The notes below the pieces were generated by a model that ran no database searches, was not told the DNA's origin, and worked only from the letters and a program-made list of their open reading frames with translations. From Prorocentrum cordatum (Eukaryota): a stretch of DNA of 64,000 nt. The stretch lies in the NCBI GenBank assembly GCA_963575745.1, contig CAUYUJ010000206.1, positions 1 through 64,000 on the forward strand. Reading direction: 5' to 3'. The position numbers were made by a program, and so were the translations under genes. This document shows, one piece after another, positions 1 to 13,957 of the stretch; the stretch's first letter is position 1; each line of letters opens with the position of its first letter.

Positions 1-788
1 AGGAGGATGAGGAGGAGGAGGAGGATTTGATGAGGAGGAGGGATATGAGGAGGAGAAGAATGAGGAGGAGGACGAGGATAGGAGGAGGAGGAAAAGGAGG
101 AGGAGGAGCAGGAGGAGGAGGAGGAGGAGGAGGAGGAGGAGGAGGAGGAGGAGGAGGGGGAGGGGGAGGGGGAGGCGGATGGCGGAGGAGGCGGAGGCGG
201 AGGCGGAGGCGGAGGCGGAGGCGGAGGCGGAGGCGGAGGCGGAGGCGGGGGCGGAGGCGGAAGCGGATGCGGAGGCGGAGGCGGAGGCGGAGGCGGAGGC
301 GGAAGCGCAGGCGGAGGCGGAGGAGGAGGAGGAGGAGGAGGAGGAGGAGGAGGGAGGAGGAGGAGGAGGAGGAGGGGAGGAGGAGGAGGAGGAGGAGGAG
401 GAGGAGGAGGAGGAGGAGGAGGGAGGGAGGAGGTAGGAGGAGGGAGGAGGAGGAGGGAGGAGGAGGAGGAGGAGGAGGAGGAGGAGGAGGGGAGGAGGAG
501 GAGGGGAGGAGGAGGAGGAGGTAGGTGGAGTAGGAGGAGGAGGAGGAGGAGGAGGAGGAGGAGGAGGAGGAGGAGGAGAAGGAGGAGGCGGAGGCGGAGG
601 CGGAGGCGGAGGCGGAGGCGGATGCGGAGGCGGAGGCGCAGGCGGAGGCGGAGGCGGAGGCGGAGGCGGAGGCGGAGGCGGAGGCGGAGGCGAAGGCGGA
701 GGCGGAGGCGGAGGCGGAGGCGGAGGCGGAGGCGGAGGCGGAGGAGGAGGAGGAGGAGGAGGAGGAGGAGGAGGAGGAGGAGGAGGAG
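1..788. repeat. (GGA)n / (GGAGGC)n microsatellite tract; similar GGA/CCT tracts recur throughout the window
   Basis: Directly visible simple repeat. Confidence 0.97.
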
Positions 789-1684
789 GTGGCGTGCCCT
801 GCCATCCCGTCTCTCCCACCCCCTCTCCCTTCGGCCGCCCCCAGGCGCGGCCCTTCGAGGACGTCTGCGCGCCGCCGCCCGTGCCCGGCAGCTGTCCGCT
901 GGTCGGGCCATGGGAAGGGATGAGAGGGAGGGACAGGATGTCAGATGCGGCGCGAGCGCACCTAGCTTGCTCCTCCCCATTTCCCCCCCCTTTCCCCTTC
1001 CCTCCCTCCCCCCCTTTCCCCTTCCCTCCCTTCCCCCCCTTTCCCTTCCCATTTCCCCCCCTTACACACATCTCTTCTCCACCCTCTCCCCAAGACCCCC
1101 CTCCCCCCTCTCTCTATCCCCCCTCTCTCTCTCTCTCTCGGTGGCGCATTGGCTCACTGAGGTACCGAAGCGCGCATGCCAACGCGTGCTTGTTGCCGAC
1201 GCCTGTTGCCCAGGTGTGCAGACAGGGTGTGCCAACCTCTGATCGCCACAGACCCGCCTTGTTTTCAAACTGTGGTCTTTTACTGACCGTGCCAGGGGTA
1301 GGGCTGGTTCCGTCCCTTGTTCGTATCGCGGCACCTCCCGCATTGTGAGGTTGGTTTGCGCGGTATGTACAATGTGTTTGTCCGAATTGTTGCGCGCGAT
1401 CTCTCTCTCTCTCTCTCTCTCCCCCCTCTGTCTCTCTCTCTCTCTCTCTCTCTCTTTCCCTCCCTCGTGCTATATGATGACTGTGATGGCCCGCAGTGTC
1501 CACGGTCGCCACAGCAAAACACCGGCGGCCTCGAGAACGAAAACGCCGCAGCACACGCAAAGCCGATCCCCCTCCCCACGCCCCCCCTTCCTGCTCCCCG
1601 CCCCGTCCTCTTCCATTCTCGAGGAGGAGGAGGAGGAGTATGAGGAGGAGAAGGAGGAGGAGGAGGAGGAGGCGGAGCAGGAGG

Positions 1685-1721
<37 letters not shown>

Positions 1722-2007
1722 AGAGGGAGGGAGAGAGGAGGGAGGGAGGGAGGGAGGGAGGGAGGGAGGGAGGAGGGTGGGAAGGGGTGAGGCGAGGGAG
1801 GGAGGAAGGTTAGAGGAGGAGGGGGGAGGGAGGAAGAGAATGAGGAGGGAGAGGGAGGAGGAGGATGGGGGATTGGAGGAGGAGGAGGAGGAGGAGGAGG
1901 AGGAGGAGGTGAGGAGGGGGAGGCGGCGGAGAGGAGGAGGAGGAGGAGGAGGAGGTGGCGTGCCCTGCCATCCCGTTCTCCCACCCCCTCTCCCTCGGCC
2001 CCCCCAG

Positions 2008-2141
2008 GCGCGGCCCTTCGAGGACGTCTGCGCGCCGCCGCCCGTGCCCGGCAGCTGTCCGCTGGTCGGGCCGTTGCTCGCGGGCGCGAACGTGGCCTTT
2101 GCCGCGCCAGCGGCGATGAAAAGAGCATTCGCCCCCGCAAG
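2008..2141 (+). other. Candidate small exon of an unidentified host gene (ARPFEDVCAPPP...AFAPAR)
   Basis: Unique sequence island between repeats; pyrimidine tract then CAG|G acceptor; AAG|GA non-canonical donor. Partly duplicated at about 845-909. Confidence 0.3.
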
Positions 2142-2190
2142 GACGTGGAGGAGGAGGAGGAGGAGGAGGAGGAGGAGGAGGAGGAGGAGG

Positions 2191-2272
<82 letters not shown>

Positions 2273-3039
2273 CGACGACGACGAGCGAGCGAGGCCCCCG
2301 CGCATGCCAGAGGCGGGCAGATGGTGCGACCCATGTCTCGAATAGCAACAAAACATCAGCGTCAACTTTTGGAGGCCTGCGCGGATTTCTTGGCCTGCTA
2401 TTTCTCGGAAGGGATCTGCCTGTGCAGCCCGTGCCCGCATCGGAAATATACTGTCACGGAAGCCAAGATACAGACCAGGCCGCCAGCTGGCCACACGGTT
2501 TGCCTGACATGGCGAAAGAGTAGATTCGAGCTTTGCGGCTCACGATGCCCCTTTCCCGAGGCCCTCCAACCAGCGCAACTTTTCGGGCGGCAGGAGGCGA
2601 GAATACGTTGAGTGGACACGACGTGCAGGGGACCAAACGCCGCCTCGCATACGTACAGAAGTCATGTGATTCCTCTCGCTTCGCTTGGTGCACGTCTGGA
2701 CCACGTACGGTCCAGTCGTTGTGAGGATTTTTGGGACCCTCTTGGGGGCCTCCGGGAGGTTTTCTTGGGGGCCTCTTTGGGGTCCCTAGTGGGCGTCTTG
2801 GGTCGTCTTGGGGCGCTCTTGCGCCGTCTGGCCCGAGCGCCTCTTGGACCGTCCTGTGGGCCTCTCTGGGCCATCGCTCTTGGGTCGTCTTGGAGCCCTC
2901 TTGGGCCTTATTGGGGCTATCACAGAGGCTACTCGGGCCGTCATAAGCCGAGGATCCAAGATTGCTAAATCGCAGATCATATACAACTAATACATAAGAA
3001 TACAAATGATACCAGAGAACAAAGTCAATCATATTCTTT

Positions 3040-3280
3040 TTAGGGCTATGGGGCTCTGGGGTTATGGGGCTATAGGGCCACAGGGCTATAGGCATCTAGG
3101 GCCATGGAGCTATAGGGCTATAGGACCATAGAGCTATAGGGCTATAAGGCTATAGGGCTATAGGACCATAGAGCTACAGGGCACCCGGGCGGGCCGTGGA
3201 AATCGGCGGCAAAGCTCATCTAACCATATGAATCCGCTAGGACCCCTACAGAGGCAAGCTCTGATTGGGGAAGTCTGAGG
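3040..3280 (+). repeat. Dispersed repeat with (GGGCTATAG)n minisatellite; inverted copy at about 16015-16265
   Basis: CATATGAATCCGCTAGGACCCCTACAGAGGCAAGCTCTGATTGGGGAA matches the reverse complement of about 16018-16064, and CCCTATAGC repeats lie at about 16170-16265. Confidence 0.8.
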
Positions 3281-4938
3281 CATCTGCAGGCGCTCTTGGG
3301 GCCGCATTGGGGCCGTCTTGAAACCATCTCGAGACGGCTTGAGATTCGAAGCTCGGGAGGCCCAAATCCGTGATTTCCATATTGGTAGAATTTGAGATTG
3401 CAAGATGGATCGGCGATTCGGCGGGGGCCTTAGGGGGATCAAGGGGGTCTGCTTTGCAAAGGATTATGCAGTATGGCAAGTTATCCTCCTTGAGGCATCG
3501 TGACCTGACCCTAGCGTCACACACCCGTCCTTTCGGACTGCCGAGACGCTTCGCTGCAGTCCAGACATGTATTCATTGACGTACGCCGCACCGCCAAGCC
3601 CCCTAAGGAGCCCGAGATGCCTCTCCTCGGGGGGGCGCTGTTGTATAGGCGTCTTGGCGCCGTGCGCACATTTGGGAAGCCCAACGCCATGCTCAAGACG
3701 GTCCCTGTTGGGTCGTCTGGAAGCCTCTTGGGAGGACCCGCGTTTCCCTCGAGTCCTGCGAGGATTCGAACACATTGTCCAAGTGGTGTTCCTGTGCCCT
3801 CGTGCCCCATCTCGCCAGGGAGGGTGGAGGGGGGGGGGGCCGTTCCTGCTCCAGGCGGAGGGTGGATCCCTCCTCGGCCAGTCGGCCGCACGCTCAGGCG
3901 CTCCTCGCGAGGCTCTCGCCCCCCCCCGCGAGCGACAGCGTGTCGGGCTCGCGCTCCGGGCGCGCCCCGGGCACCCCGCCGCGGCGCTCTGGCCGCGCCC
4001 AGGGGGCGTTGTTTCCGCCTCCCTGCTGGCCTCTGCTGGCCTCCTGGGCCTCCTCCCCCCTCCTCCTCTCTCCTACTCCTCCTCCCCCTCCTCCTCCTCC
4101 TCCTCCTCCTTCCTCCCCCTCCTCCTCCTCCTCCTCCTCCTCCTCCTCCCCCTCCTCCGCGTGGGGCCGGAGGAGCGCGCCGCGTCGCCGATGCATCGGC
4201 GACGCATCGCCGATGCGGCTCGATGCGGGGCCCAGCTTTCTCCACGCCGACGTCGCCGATGAGGCGCCGACGTCGCCGGTGCATGGCCGGCGCATCGCCG
4301 ATGAATCGGCGATGCATCGCCAATGTATCGGCGATGCGGCGAGATCCTTCGACCCCATCTACTCGGGACCCATCCAGGAGGCGTCTAGCGGCCGCTTTTC
4401 CTCCTTCGTTCCGCCTCTCACTCTCTCTTCGGCCACGCGGAGGGGAGGGGGAGCCGCGGGAGGGGGGAAGGCTTCTTGGAAGCACCCTTGCTTCGTAGAA
4501 GGCGCGGGCCTTCCCTATAGATGCAGGGTAGGGCCGGCGCCTTCTAAGGAGCAGCCCCCTTTCTCAGAAGCTTTCCCCCCTTCTCCCTACAGTAGGAGCT
4601 CGACCTCAAGAAACCTTCCACAAGACACCCAACCCTGGAAAACCCCAGGACGTCCATCGACTTTGGGTGCGGGAACGTCACGCTTTCCTTCGCAATAACC
4701 ATCGAAACCCGAGAAACCCGGGGCACCCTGGAGGCAAGAGGGGTGTTTCTTGGCACAGGTCTCCACTGTCCCCCCCCTGCGCGCGCCGCCAACTCTACCT
4801 CACTCTCTCCCTCTCTCTCTATCCCTCTCTCTCTCCCTCTCCATCTCTCCCTCTCTCTCTCTCTCCCTCTCTCTCTCTCTCCCTCCCTCTCTCCCCCTCT
4901 CTCACTCTCCCTCTCTCTCCCTCTCTCTCCCTCGCTCT

Positions 4939-4973
<35 letters not shown>

Positions 4974-5499
4974 TTGCTGCATGGGGCAAAAACTTCGAGT
5001 CTGCGTAGCCCGCTCACGCCCGGCCGACCCGGACTTGCCCGCGCCCGCGGTTCACACCGTCGCAGACCGTCTGCAAGCTCGGGGGAAATGTCGGAGACTG
5101 GAGCATGTACACCTGAGGCGATGCTTAAGAAAACTTTAATTTTCGGCCAGAGTCTTGATTATTCTTAATGTTTCAATGCGAATCCTGAGATTTGAATGGA
5201 AATTTTGGGTTTTTACTCAAGTTCTGAGACTATGAATTTCTTAACCCATGATTTCTTAAGCATCTCGCAGGGTGTACGTCAGCAGTGGCTGCTAGTTCTT
5301 CAATCCCAGGACTTTCTGTTGAAGGTCGGGGGCGACGTCGGGGCGGTGTGGTGTATACTTTGTTCCCCGTTTTCCCCGGGGGAATGGCAGAAGATGTCAG
5401 CACCAGGATCCCGTATGCACCAGGATCCGCTTCCCTGCGCGAATGTCAGAGCGGAGCTGGGAAAGGCGTCGGCGTGTAGAGTTTGGCTCCTTAATTGAC

Positions 5500-5632
5500 T
5501 TGGCATCGCTCGGACGTGTGCACGCTTTCCTTCGGCGAGGACCATCGAGGAGCATCCTTGATCATTTTGGCGAAAAAACCACGCACGAAACCGAAAAAAG
5601 CACAGGGAATGGGCGTCCGAGCGATGGCCAGT
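5500..5632. mobile_element. About 130-bp MITE-like element, copy 1
   Basis: Inverted repeats CATCGCTCGGACG (5504-5516) and CGTCCGAGCGATG (5614-5626); second copy at about 35713-35845. Confidence 0.65.
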
Positions 5633-6829
5633 TGATTTCCTTGGAAATTACCGCTGGAGCGAGCGATTCTACGGACGGAAGCCGCCTGTGCCCTTTCGGC
5701 GCCAATATGCTCGGGAGGGGGGAACAAAAAAAAAAAAAACACAATTAATCGTCGACTCCTAGGAAAATACGAGGAAAATATGGGAAGTGGGGGGAAGACG
5801 AAAACCCAGAAAATATGCAAACATGTGGAATCCTGTTAGTTGTGTGTATTTATTTTTGTGTGTGTGTGTGTCCCTGGGCCCCTTGATATGCGTATGGCAA
5901 TAGGTGCTCAAACGACCCCGGATTGGGCGAGGCTGGCGCTCGCGGCATGCATTAATCGAGCGTGGGCAAGACTGTGGGGCGTCGCCCTTTTGCTTTTTTA
6001 GCTGGCGCGGGCTTGCCACGCGACGAGCAATGCTCTCATGATCGACGAGAGCGTCAATGAGGAAGCGTTGGCAGTTTGAGAAATGGGCCGCAGATTCGTT
6101 CGTGCGAGCTGCATCTATCTTAGCTGCGCCGTGGCCGGGCCCCAGCGGAGGTTGGAGCTATGAGGAGGGCCCCGAAAAGAGAAGGGAAACCGCCATGAGG
6201 GAAAAGAAAAGAGGAGGAGGATGAAGAGGAGAAGGAGGAGGAAGAGGAGGAGGAGGAGGAGGAGGAGGAGGGAGGACGGAGGAGGGAGGAGGGAGGAGAG
6301 AAGAGGGGGAAAGGAGAGAAGAGGAGGAGTGAGGAGGGAGGGCGGGAGTGAGAGAGGGACGGGGTGGAGGAGGAGGCGAGGAGGTGGAGGAGGAGGAGGA
6401 GGAGGAGGAAGAGGAGGGAGGATCAAAGGAGGACGAGGGGGAGGATGAGGGGGCGGAGGGGCACCGCGAGGCGGCACGCGCTCGAGCAAGTGGCGGCTCT
6501 GGAGCGCCGCTGCGCCGCGCTGCAGAAGGAGTTGGACGCGCGGCCCAGCGTCTCGATGGCGCCCAGCTGGAGGAGGAGGAGGAGAAGGTGGAGGAGGAGG
6601 AGGAGGAGGAGGAGGAGGAGGAGGGAGGAGGAGGGAGGAGGAGGAGGGAGGGAGGAGGGGAGGAGGAGAAGGAGGAGGGAGGAGGAGGAGGGAGGAGGGA
6701 GGAGGAGGAGAAGAAGAGGGGGTAGGCGGATGAGGAGGAACAATATAAGGTTGCAGGAGGACGATGAGGAATACAACAAGTTACGACGAATAAGAATAAT
6801 CACCATCATAATCAGACCAATGATGACCA

Positions 6830-6898
6830 GACTCCTACTACTAGTACTAGTTCTGGTACTACTACTCCTACTACTACTACTACTACTACTACTACTAT

Positions 6899-6932
<34 letters not shown>

Positions 6933-7073
6933 GCTACTACTACTACTACTACTACGACTACTACTTACTATACTTACTAGTAAGACTACTAGTACTACTA
7001 CTACCACTACTACTACCATGCTACTACTACTACTACCTACTACTATACTACTACTTTGCTGCTACTACTACTA

Positions 7074-7127
<54 letters not shown>

Positions 7128-7130
7128 GTA

Positions 7131-7196
<66 letters not shown>

Positions 7197-7307
7197 GACT
7201 ACCTACTACTACCCTACTACGACTACGACTACGACTACGACGACTACGACTACGACTACTACTACTATCTACTACTACTACTACTACTGCTACTACTACT
7301 ACTACTT

Positions 7308-7385
<78 letters not shown>

Positions 7386-7410
7386 TTACCACTACTACCA
7401 CTACTACGAC
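6830..7410. repeat. (CTA)n / (CGACTA)n microsatellite
   Basis: Directly visible. Confidence 0.97.
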
Positions 7411-7714
7411 TAATGATCATACGAACATCAAACGATTATCAATACTAATAGTAGTAATTGTCATACGAATATTAATGATATCAGTAGTAATAGTAGCAAT
7501 GCTATTGATTATAACAAAAATTCGACTGCCAGTAATCATGCGACTACTAACACCCATACGAATACGAATGCGAATGCGAATGTCTAGCTTCGTTGGAGGA
7601 GGATCGTAATGCGAGCTCCAGCCCAAGAAAGAGCTACGGCATTGAAGGTGCCGAAAAAAGAAGCATTCGCGCCAGAATTCGGTATCGCACTCTGTCGCCG
7701 ACCATACTTGTCAG

Positions 7715-7849
7715 GAGGGCGGGAGCGTGCTGAGCGTGCTGACTACATCGGGGGGGAGTCCCCCGCTCGCCACGTCGGGCGCCGTCACGGCGGAGACCGC
7801 CGAACTCGTGGGCGCGCCCGCGCCGTCCGCGCGCCTCACGATCCCAAGG
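7715..7849 (+). other. Candidate 135-nt exon (EGGSVLSVLTT...RLTIPR)
   Basis: TCAG|G acceptor and G|GCAAGT GC-type donor of the kind common in dinoflagellates; open frame, 45 codons. Confidence 0.35.
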
Positions 7850-10776
7850 GCAAGTCCCCCGAAGTTATCTTGTGGCAGCCAAAAAAGGCAAAGACGAGCC
7901 CCGTTCACACGTGAGTTGGCCGGGTCCCGCAGGGACTCGGCCAACGCGCACGCGAGCCCAAGGACCCGCCACCGAAAGGGGGAAGGGGAATGGAGGTTGA
8001 AACGGGGATGAGGGGGAAGGGAGGAAGGCCAGGAGGGAGGTTGAGCAGCAGAAGCAGACGGGAGGAAAGGAGTCAAACAAGAGGGAGATTGCACGAGGAG
8101 GGCGAAGGGGAGGAGAGGGAGGAGGAGGAGGAGGAGGAGGAGAAAATGGAGAAGGAGGATTTGGAGGAGATAGCTGCCAGGACGGAATGATGGAGTAGGG
8201 AGGAGTGAGGAGGAAGTCGGACGAACAGTGGGTTGCAAAGGGAGTGCGAGGGGGGGGACGAGAGGGAGGAGGACAACCGCTTCTTAAGAGCGGAGCTGAT
8301 CGTCACAGCCAACGCTGCCCGTGCCCCACAATGACGTCCAGCTTGGCGGCCATCATACCCAAGGCCAGCCAAGTGTCCGCTTGCACTTGTCCTGGCCAGG
8401 CCAATCCTCGACCCAGGATCAGTACATGCCCTGCCCTGACCAGACCAGGAGGACGCATAGACCGATACGAAGCCCAGGATCGAGTTGATTGGGATCGGCG
8501 TAGTTGGGAAGTGTGCGTCATATCCCAGGGGGCGTCTTTGAAACATCACAGGGGTGACACGTATCATTCCCAATATCCCGAGATGTGAATCGTATGAATT
8601 GTTGGATACCCCCGCCTTAGTTTCAGTCGCTCCCGCATTTTCCTTTCGACACTCAGAGTCACTCGTGCCCAATCACATTTTGACCGACCCACACTGAAAC
8701 TTCTTCATGTCCAGACTGACTAGGAAATTGAAAACGATGAAGGTTTCAATCAAAACAGACAAGCTGATCGGCGACTGGGTAAGATGGAACATTGGGCGGG
8801 CCAGCGACAAAAAACAATGCGCTCCGGCCTTCGGCACAGACGAGGAATCACGTGTCTGGGCCAGTGTTGCAATCAGTTCGTTCAATCCGACATCGTGCGT
8901 CTGCTCGTCAGCCAGTGCCTCATGGCAGGGAGGTTACGAGGGCCATCAAACAAATCAAAGACGGATTCCATGGCCTGCGCGCGGGGCCTTGCGGGCTCGT
9001 GCCGAAAGCAAAAACAGCGGCAGCGGGTGAAAACAAATAACGCGCAGAAGCATTGCCAGCCATAGGTCAGGGCGGCCGCGGAAAACATTGAAACAGGCGC
9101 AAAAGCAACATCAAGTCCCAGATGAGCGAAGTCAAAACCCACAACGCTAGCGGGGGCTTGGCCAACGCAAAACGGTTAGCGCAACGAACAACGAAACGAG
9201 CAACAAAACGAATGATCGAAAGCCGTGTCTGGGGTAGCCCAGAGGCCTCGGGCTCGGGTTGCGGCGAGGGCCAGGGGCTAGGGGCATGGGGGCTAGGGCA
9301 ACAACGAAAAAAAATAACATGTGGCACAAACGCAATACGCATACTGGGCGCGAGAAACGAGACCCGAAAAACGAAAAAGAAACGTGCACATGGGAGAGGT
9401 CGCCGGGTAGGGCGGAAGCCCAAGGCTGCGGCGAGGGCTCGAGGGAGGGTAGGGGCGAGGAGGAGATCCAATCGGTCACAGCTGAGGGTGAAGTTTAGTT
9501 CCCAGGCCAACATGGCGACTGTCTTTTCGCGGACAATGCAGAAACCACCGCGCGCGACAGCGAGCGCGCGCGAGAGCGTCGGAGCGTCCCGCGCGGCGCC
9601 GATGGACGTGTTCTTGCATAGAAGAAACGCGAGTTAAGTTGGAAATGCAGCCGGTCACCGGCAAGGGTTCCTTGGGTTGTTTTTAGTTCCCGAGCCAACA
9701 TGGCGATTGTCCGATTGCGGACAAGACGGATACCACCGCGCGCAGCCGCGAGCGCGTGCGCGAGAGCGTCGGCGCGTTGCACGCGCCCTGCACCCATGGA
9801 TGGGCATGTAAACGCCGTTGGATAAGTTAGAAATCCAACCGGCCACCGCTAAGGCTTCACTTTAGTTACCAAGCCAAAATGGCGACTGTCACATAGCGGA
9901 CAGCGCAGAAACAACCACGCGCGCGCGTCGGGGCGTTGCATGCTGCACCAATGGGCGGACATGTGAGAAAAAATCAAATTGCAAATCCCAGTGGTCGCCG
10001 CTAAAGGCCCCCTTGCAATTCCAGGGCCAACATGGCGACTGCCCGATTGCGGGCAATTTTACAACCGCGACCCACGAAAGCGAGAGCGCGCGCGCGGGCT
10101 TCGGCGCGTCACGCGCGGCATCAATAAACTGACATGTGAAAACCGCCAGTTAAACTGGAAATCCGGTCGGCCACCGCTAAGGGTTCACTTCAGTTCCCAG
10201 GCCAACATGGCGACTGTCCTATAGCAGGCAATACAGAAACCACAACTCGCGGCAGGACGGACATGTAAAACTACGCAACTTAAGTTGGAAATGCCATCGA
10301 CCACCGCTGAGGGTTCCCTTTCTAGTTTCCAGGCCAACTTGGCGATTGTCCGAATGATATGCAGAAGCTGCCGCGCGCGTCGGCGCGTTGCGCGCTGCGT
10401 GAATTGACGGACACGGGGGGGGGGGGGGGGGCAAACGCAAGTTAAGTCGGACATCCAATCGGTAGCCGCGAAAGTTTCAGTTTAGTTCCCTTAGTTCCCA
10501 TGCCAGCATGGCGACTGTCCCATTGTGAACAATGCAGAAACCACAACGCGCGACAGCGAGTGCGCGCGCGCGAGCGCGTCGGAGCGCTGCGCGCTGCACC
10601 AATAGACGGACATGTTTTCGATTTAAATATCAGCCAGCGTTGGTTCCAAATTGATAGTGGGCGACGAAGGTGATGATGACGACGATGATGGCGATGAGGA
10701 CGATCCTGTTTCCACGCGCGCGCACTCCAGTTCATTGTGCCGTGGCGCTGATGGTGCTTGCGATGATGCAAAGAGG

Positions 10777-10957
10777 TGCGTGTGTGTGTGCGTGTGCGTG
10801 CGTGCGTGCGTGCGTGTGCGTGCGTGCGTGCGTGCGTGCGTGCGTGTGTGTGTGTGTGTGTGTGTGCGTGTGTGTGTGTGTGGTGTGTGGTGTGTGTGGT
10901 GTGTGTGTGCGTGCGTCTGTGCGCGCGTGCGTGTGCGCGCGGGGGGGGGGGGGGGGG
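10777..10957. repeat. (GT)n / (GTGC)n microsatellite plus poly-G
   Basis: Directly visible. Confidence 0.95.
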
Positions 10958-13957
10958 CGCTTAGAGGTGGTGCATAGGCGTAGGCATGGGCGCAGGAGTG
11001 CTCAGAGGTGGCGCATAGGCATAGGCGTAGGCATAGGAGGGGGGGGGCACAGGACCAATTAGTGGGGTTTGAGTTAGAACTCTAATATGGCAAGCCTATT
11101 CGGAAAAGGAACGCAAGCTAAATTGGACATCCAATCGGTCGCCGCTAAGGGTTCCGTTTAGTGCCCAGGCTAACATGGCGGTTGTCCCAGGGCAACGCGG
11201 AAACCGCCGCGCGCAGCAGCGGGCGCGCGCGCGAGAGCATCAGAGCGTTGTCAGCTGCACCAATAGACGGATATGTTAATATATGTATATGAAACGCGAG
11301 GTAAGTGGGAAATCCAACCAGTCACCGCTAAGGGCTTCCTTTAGTTTGCAGACCAACGTGGCGATTCTCTTATTGCTGACAACAGAAGCCACCGCGGTCG
11401 ACAGCGAGCGCGCGCGCGCGTCGGCGCGTTGCGCGCGCGATGCGTCCATTGACGGGCATGTACAAACCGCAGGTTAAGTTGGAAGCCCAAGTAGTCACCG
11501 CTAAGAGTTCACGTTAGTTCCCAGGCCAACATGGCGACTGTCCTACTGCGGACAACACAGAAACAACCACGCGCGCGCTCCAGAGCGATGCGCGCTGCAC
11601 CAATAGACGGACATGTGAAAGACCGCAGTTAAGGTTGGAAATTCCAGTGGACGCCGCTAAGGGGCCTCAGTGGTTCCAAGGCCAACGAGGCGTCTGTCCT
11701 ATTGTGGGCAGTATAGAAACCCCCACGCACAACAGCAAAAGCGCGCGCGTCGGCGCGTTGCACGCTGCATCAATACACCTGACATGTGCGAACCTCCAGC
11801 CCAGTTGGAAGTCCGATCGGTCGCCGCCAAGGATTCATTTCAGTTCCCAGGCCAGCGGGGAATTTGTCCTAGTGCGGATAATGCAGAAGCATCAACGCGC
11901 GACAGGGCGGACATGTAAAAAACGCCAGTTACTTGGGAAATGCCATCGGTCACCGCTGAGGATTCCCTTCAGTTCCCCGGCCAACATGGCGTCTGTCCGA
12001 TTGCTATGCAGAAACCACGACGTGCGTCGGCGCGTTGCACGCTGCAACAGTAGAAAGACAGGAAAAGCCGCAAGTTCAGTTGGAAATCAAAATGGCCACC
12101 GCGAAGGGTCCACTTTAGTCCCCAGGCCATCATGGCGACTGTCCTATAGCGGAAAATACAGAAACCACCACGCACGCGTTCGGAGCGTTGCATGCTGCAC
12201 CAATAGACGCACATGCAAAACGCCGCAAGTTAAGCTGGAAGTCCCATCGGCCACCGACCGCTAAAGGGTCCATTTTAGTTCCCAGACCAGTATGGCGATT
12301 GCCCGATTGCGGACAAGCCAGAAACCACCATGCGCGACAGCGAGCGCGCGTCGGCGCGGTGCACGCTGCATCAGTAGAAAGACAGGAAAAACGCAAGTGA
12401 AGTTGGAAATCGAACTGGTCACCGCGAAGGGTCCACTTTTAGTTCCCAGGCCAACATGGCGACCGTCCTATAGCGGAGAATACAGTAACCATCACGCGCG
12501 CGGCGGGGCGTTGCACGCTGCACCCATAGACGCACATGCAAAAACCGCAAGCTAAACTGGAATTTCCATCGGCCGCCGACCGCTAAAGGGTCCACTTTAG
12601 TTCCCAGACCAGTATGGCGATCGCCCGATTGTGGACAATCCACAAAACCGCGACAGCGTGCGCTCGTCGGCGCGGTGCGCGTTGCACGCTGCATCAGTCG
12701 AAATACACGAGAAAAGCAAGTTAAGTTGAACATCTAACCTGCCACCGCTAAAGGATCACTCCGGCTCCTAGGCCGACATGGCGACTGTCCGATTGCGGAC
12801 GAAACAGAAAACCACGGCGCACGCGCGCGCGTCGGAGCGTTGCGCGCTGCACCAATACGCGGACATGCGAAAACCGCAATTTGAATTGGAATGCCAAGTG
12901 GCCGCGGCTAAACTGTTCACTTTAATTCCCAGGTCAACATGGCGATTGTCTTATTGCGGACAATACAGAAGCCACAACGCGCGCGTCGGAGCGTTGTACG
13001 CTGGACTACTACAGGGACATACGACAGAAACGCAACTTAAGTTGGAAGTCCCATCGGTCACCGCTGTGGGCCCCCTTCTAGTTCCCATGCCAAAATGGCG
13101 ACTGCCCTATGGCTGACAATACAGAAACCACTGCGCGCGTCAGCGCGTTGCACTGCACGCTGCATCAATGGACGGACATGTAAACACCGCCAGGTAAGTA
13201 TCGCTCCCAGGCCAACGCGGCGGCTGTCCTTTTGCGGGCAATGCAGAACCACCGCGCGCGAAAGCAAGCGCGCGCTGCATCGATGGACGGACGTGTAAAA
13301 AGCCGCAAGTTAAGTTGGGAATTCAATCGGTCGCCGCTAAGGGTTCCTTCTCGGTCCCAGGCCAACATGGCGACGGTCCGTCTGCGGAAAATGCTGAAAC
13401 CCACCACGCGCGTCGGAGCGCTGCGCGCTGCGCCAGTAGACGGACGTGGAAAAGAAACGCAAGTTAAGTTGGAATCCCATCGATCGCCGCTTAGGGTCCC
13501 CTCTAGTTCCCAGGCCAACATGGCGACTGTTCGACTGCGGACACTACAGAAACCACCGCGCGCGTCGGCGCGTTGCACGCTGCGTCAATAGACGGACATG
13601 TATAAACATGCAAGTAAGGTTGGAAAATCAGTTCGGTCGACGCTAAGGGTTCTCTGTAGTTCCCAAGGCAAAATTGCGACTGTTCGATTGCGGACAATGC
13701 AGAAAACCACCACGCACGCGCGCGTCGGAGCGTCGCACGCTCCAGAAATGGACGGACATGTCGGTTTATATTTATAGATAGAGAGAGAGGGAGAGAGCAA
13801 TTCGCGAGTTAAGTTGGAAATCCCAACGGTCACCGCTAAGGGCCCACTTTAGTTCCCAGCTCAACATGGCGACTGTCCTATTGCGGACAATACAGAAAAC
13901 ATCGCGCGCGACAGCGAGCGCGCGCGCACGCGCGCGTCGGGGCGTTGCACGCTGCAC

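Noticed and set aside
1..7450. Poly-E/R/G/T/Y/L ORFs here and throughout the window
   Set aside because: These are translations of GGA, CTA, GAC, GAT and GTGTCY microsatellites, open in several frames at once.
8280..9060. Unique-looking sequence that might be a decayed coding region (also about 29400-31000 and 32170-32420)
   Set aside because: No recognisable motif or consistent frame by eye; cannot be supported without a search.
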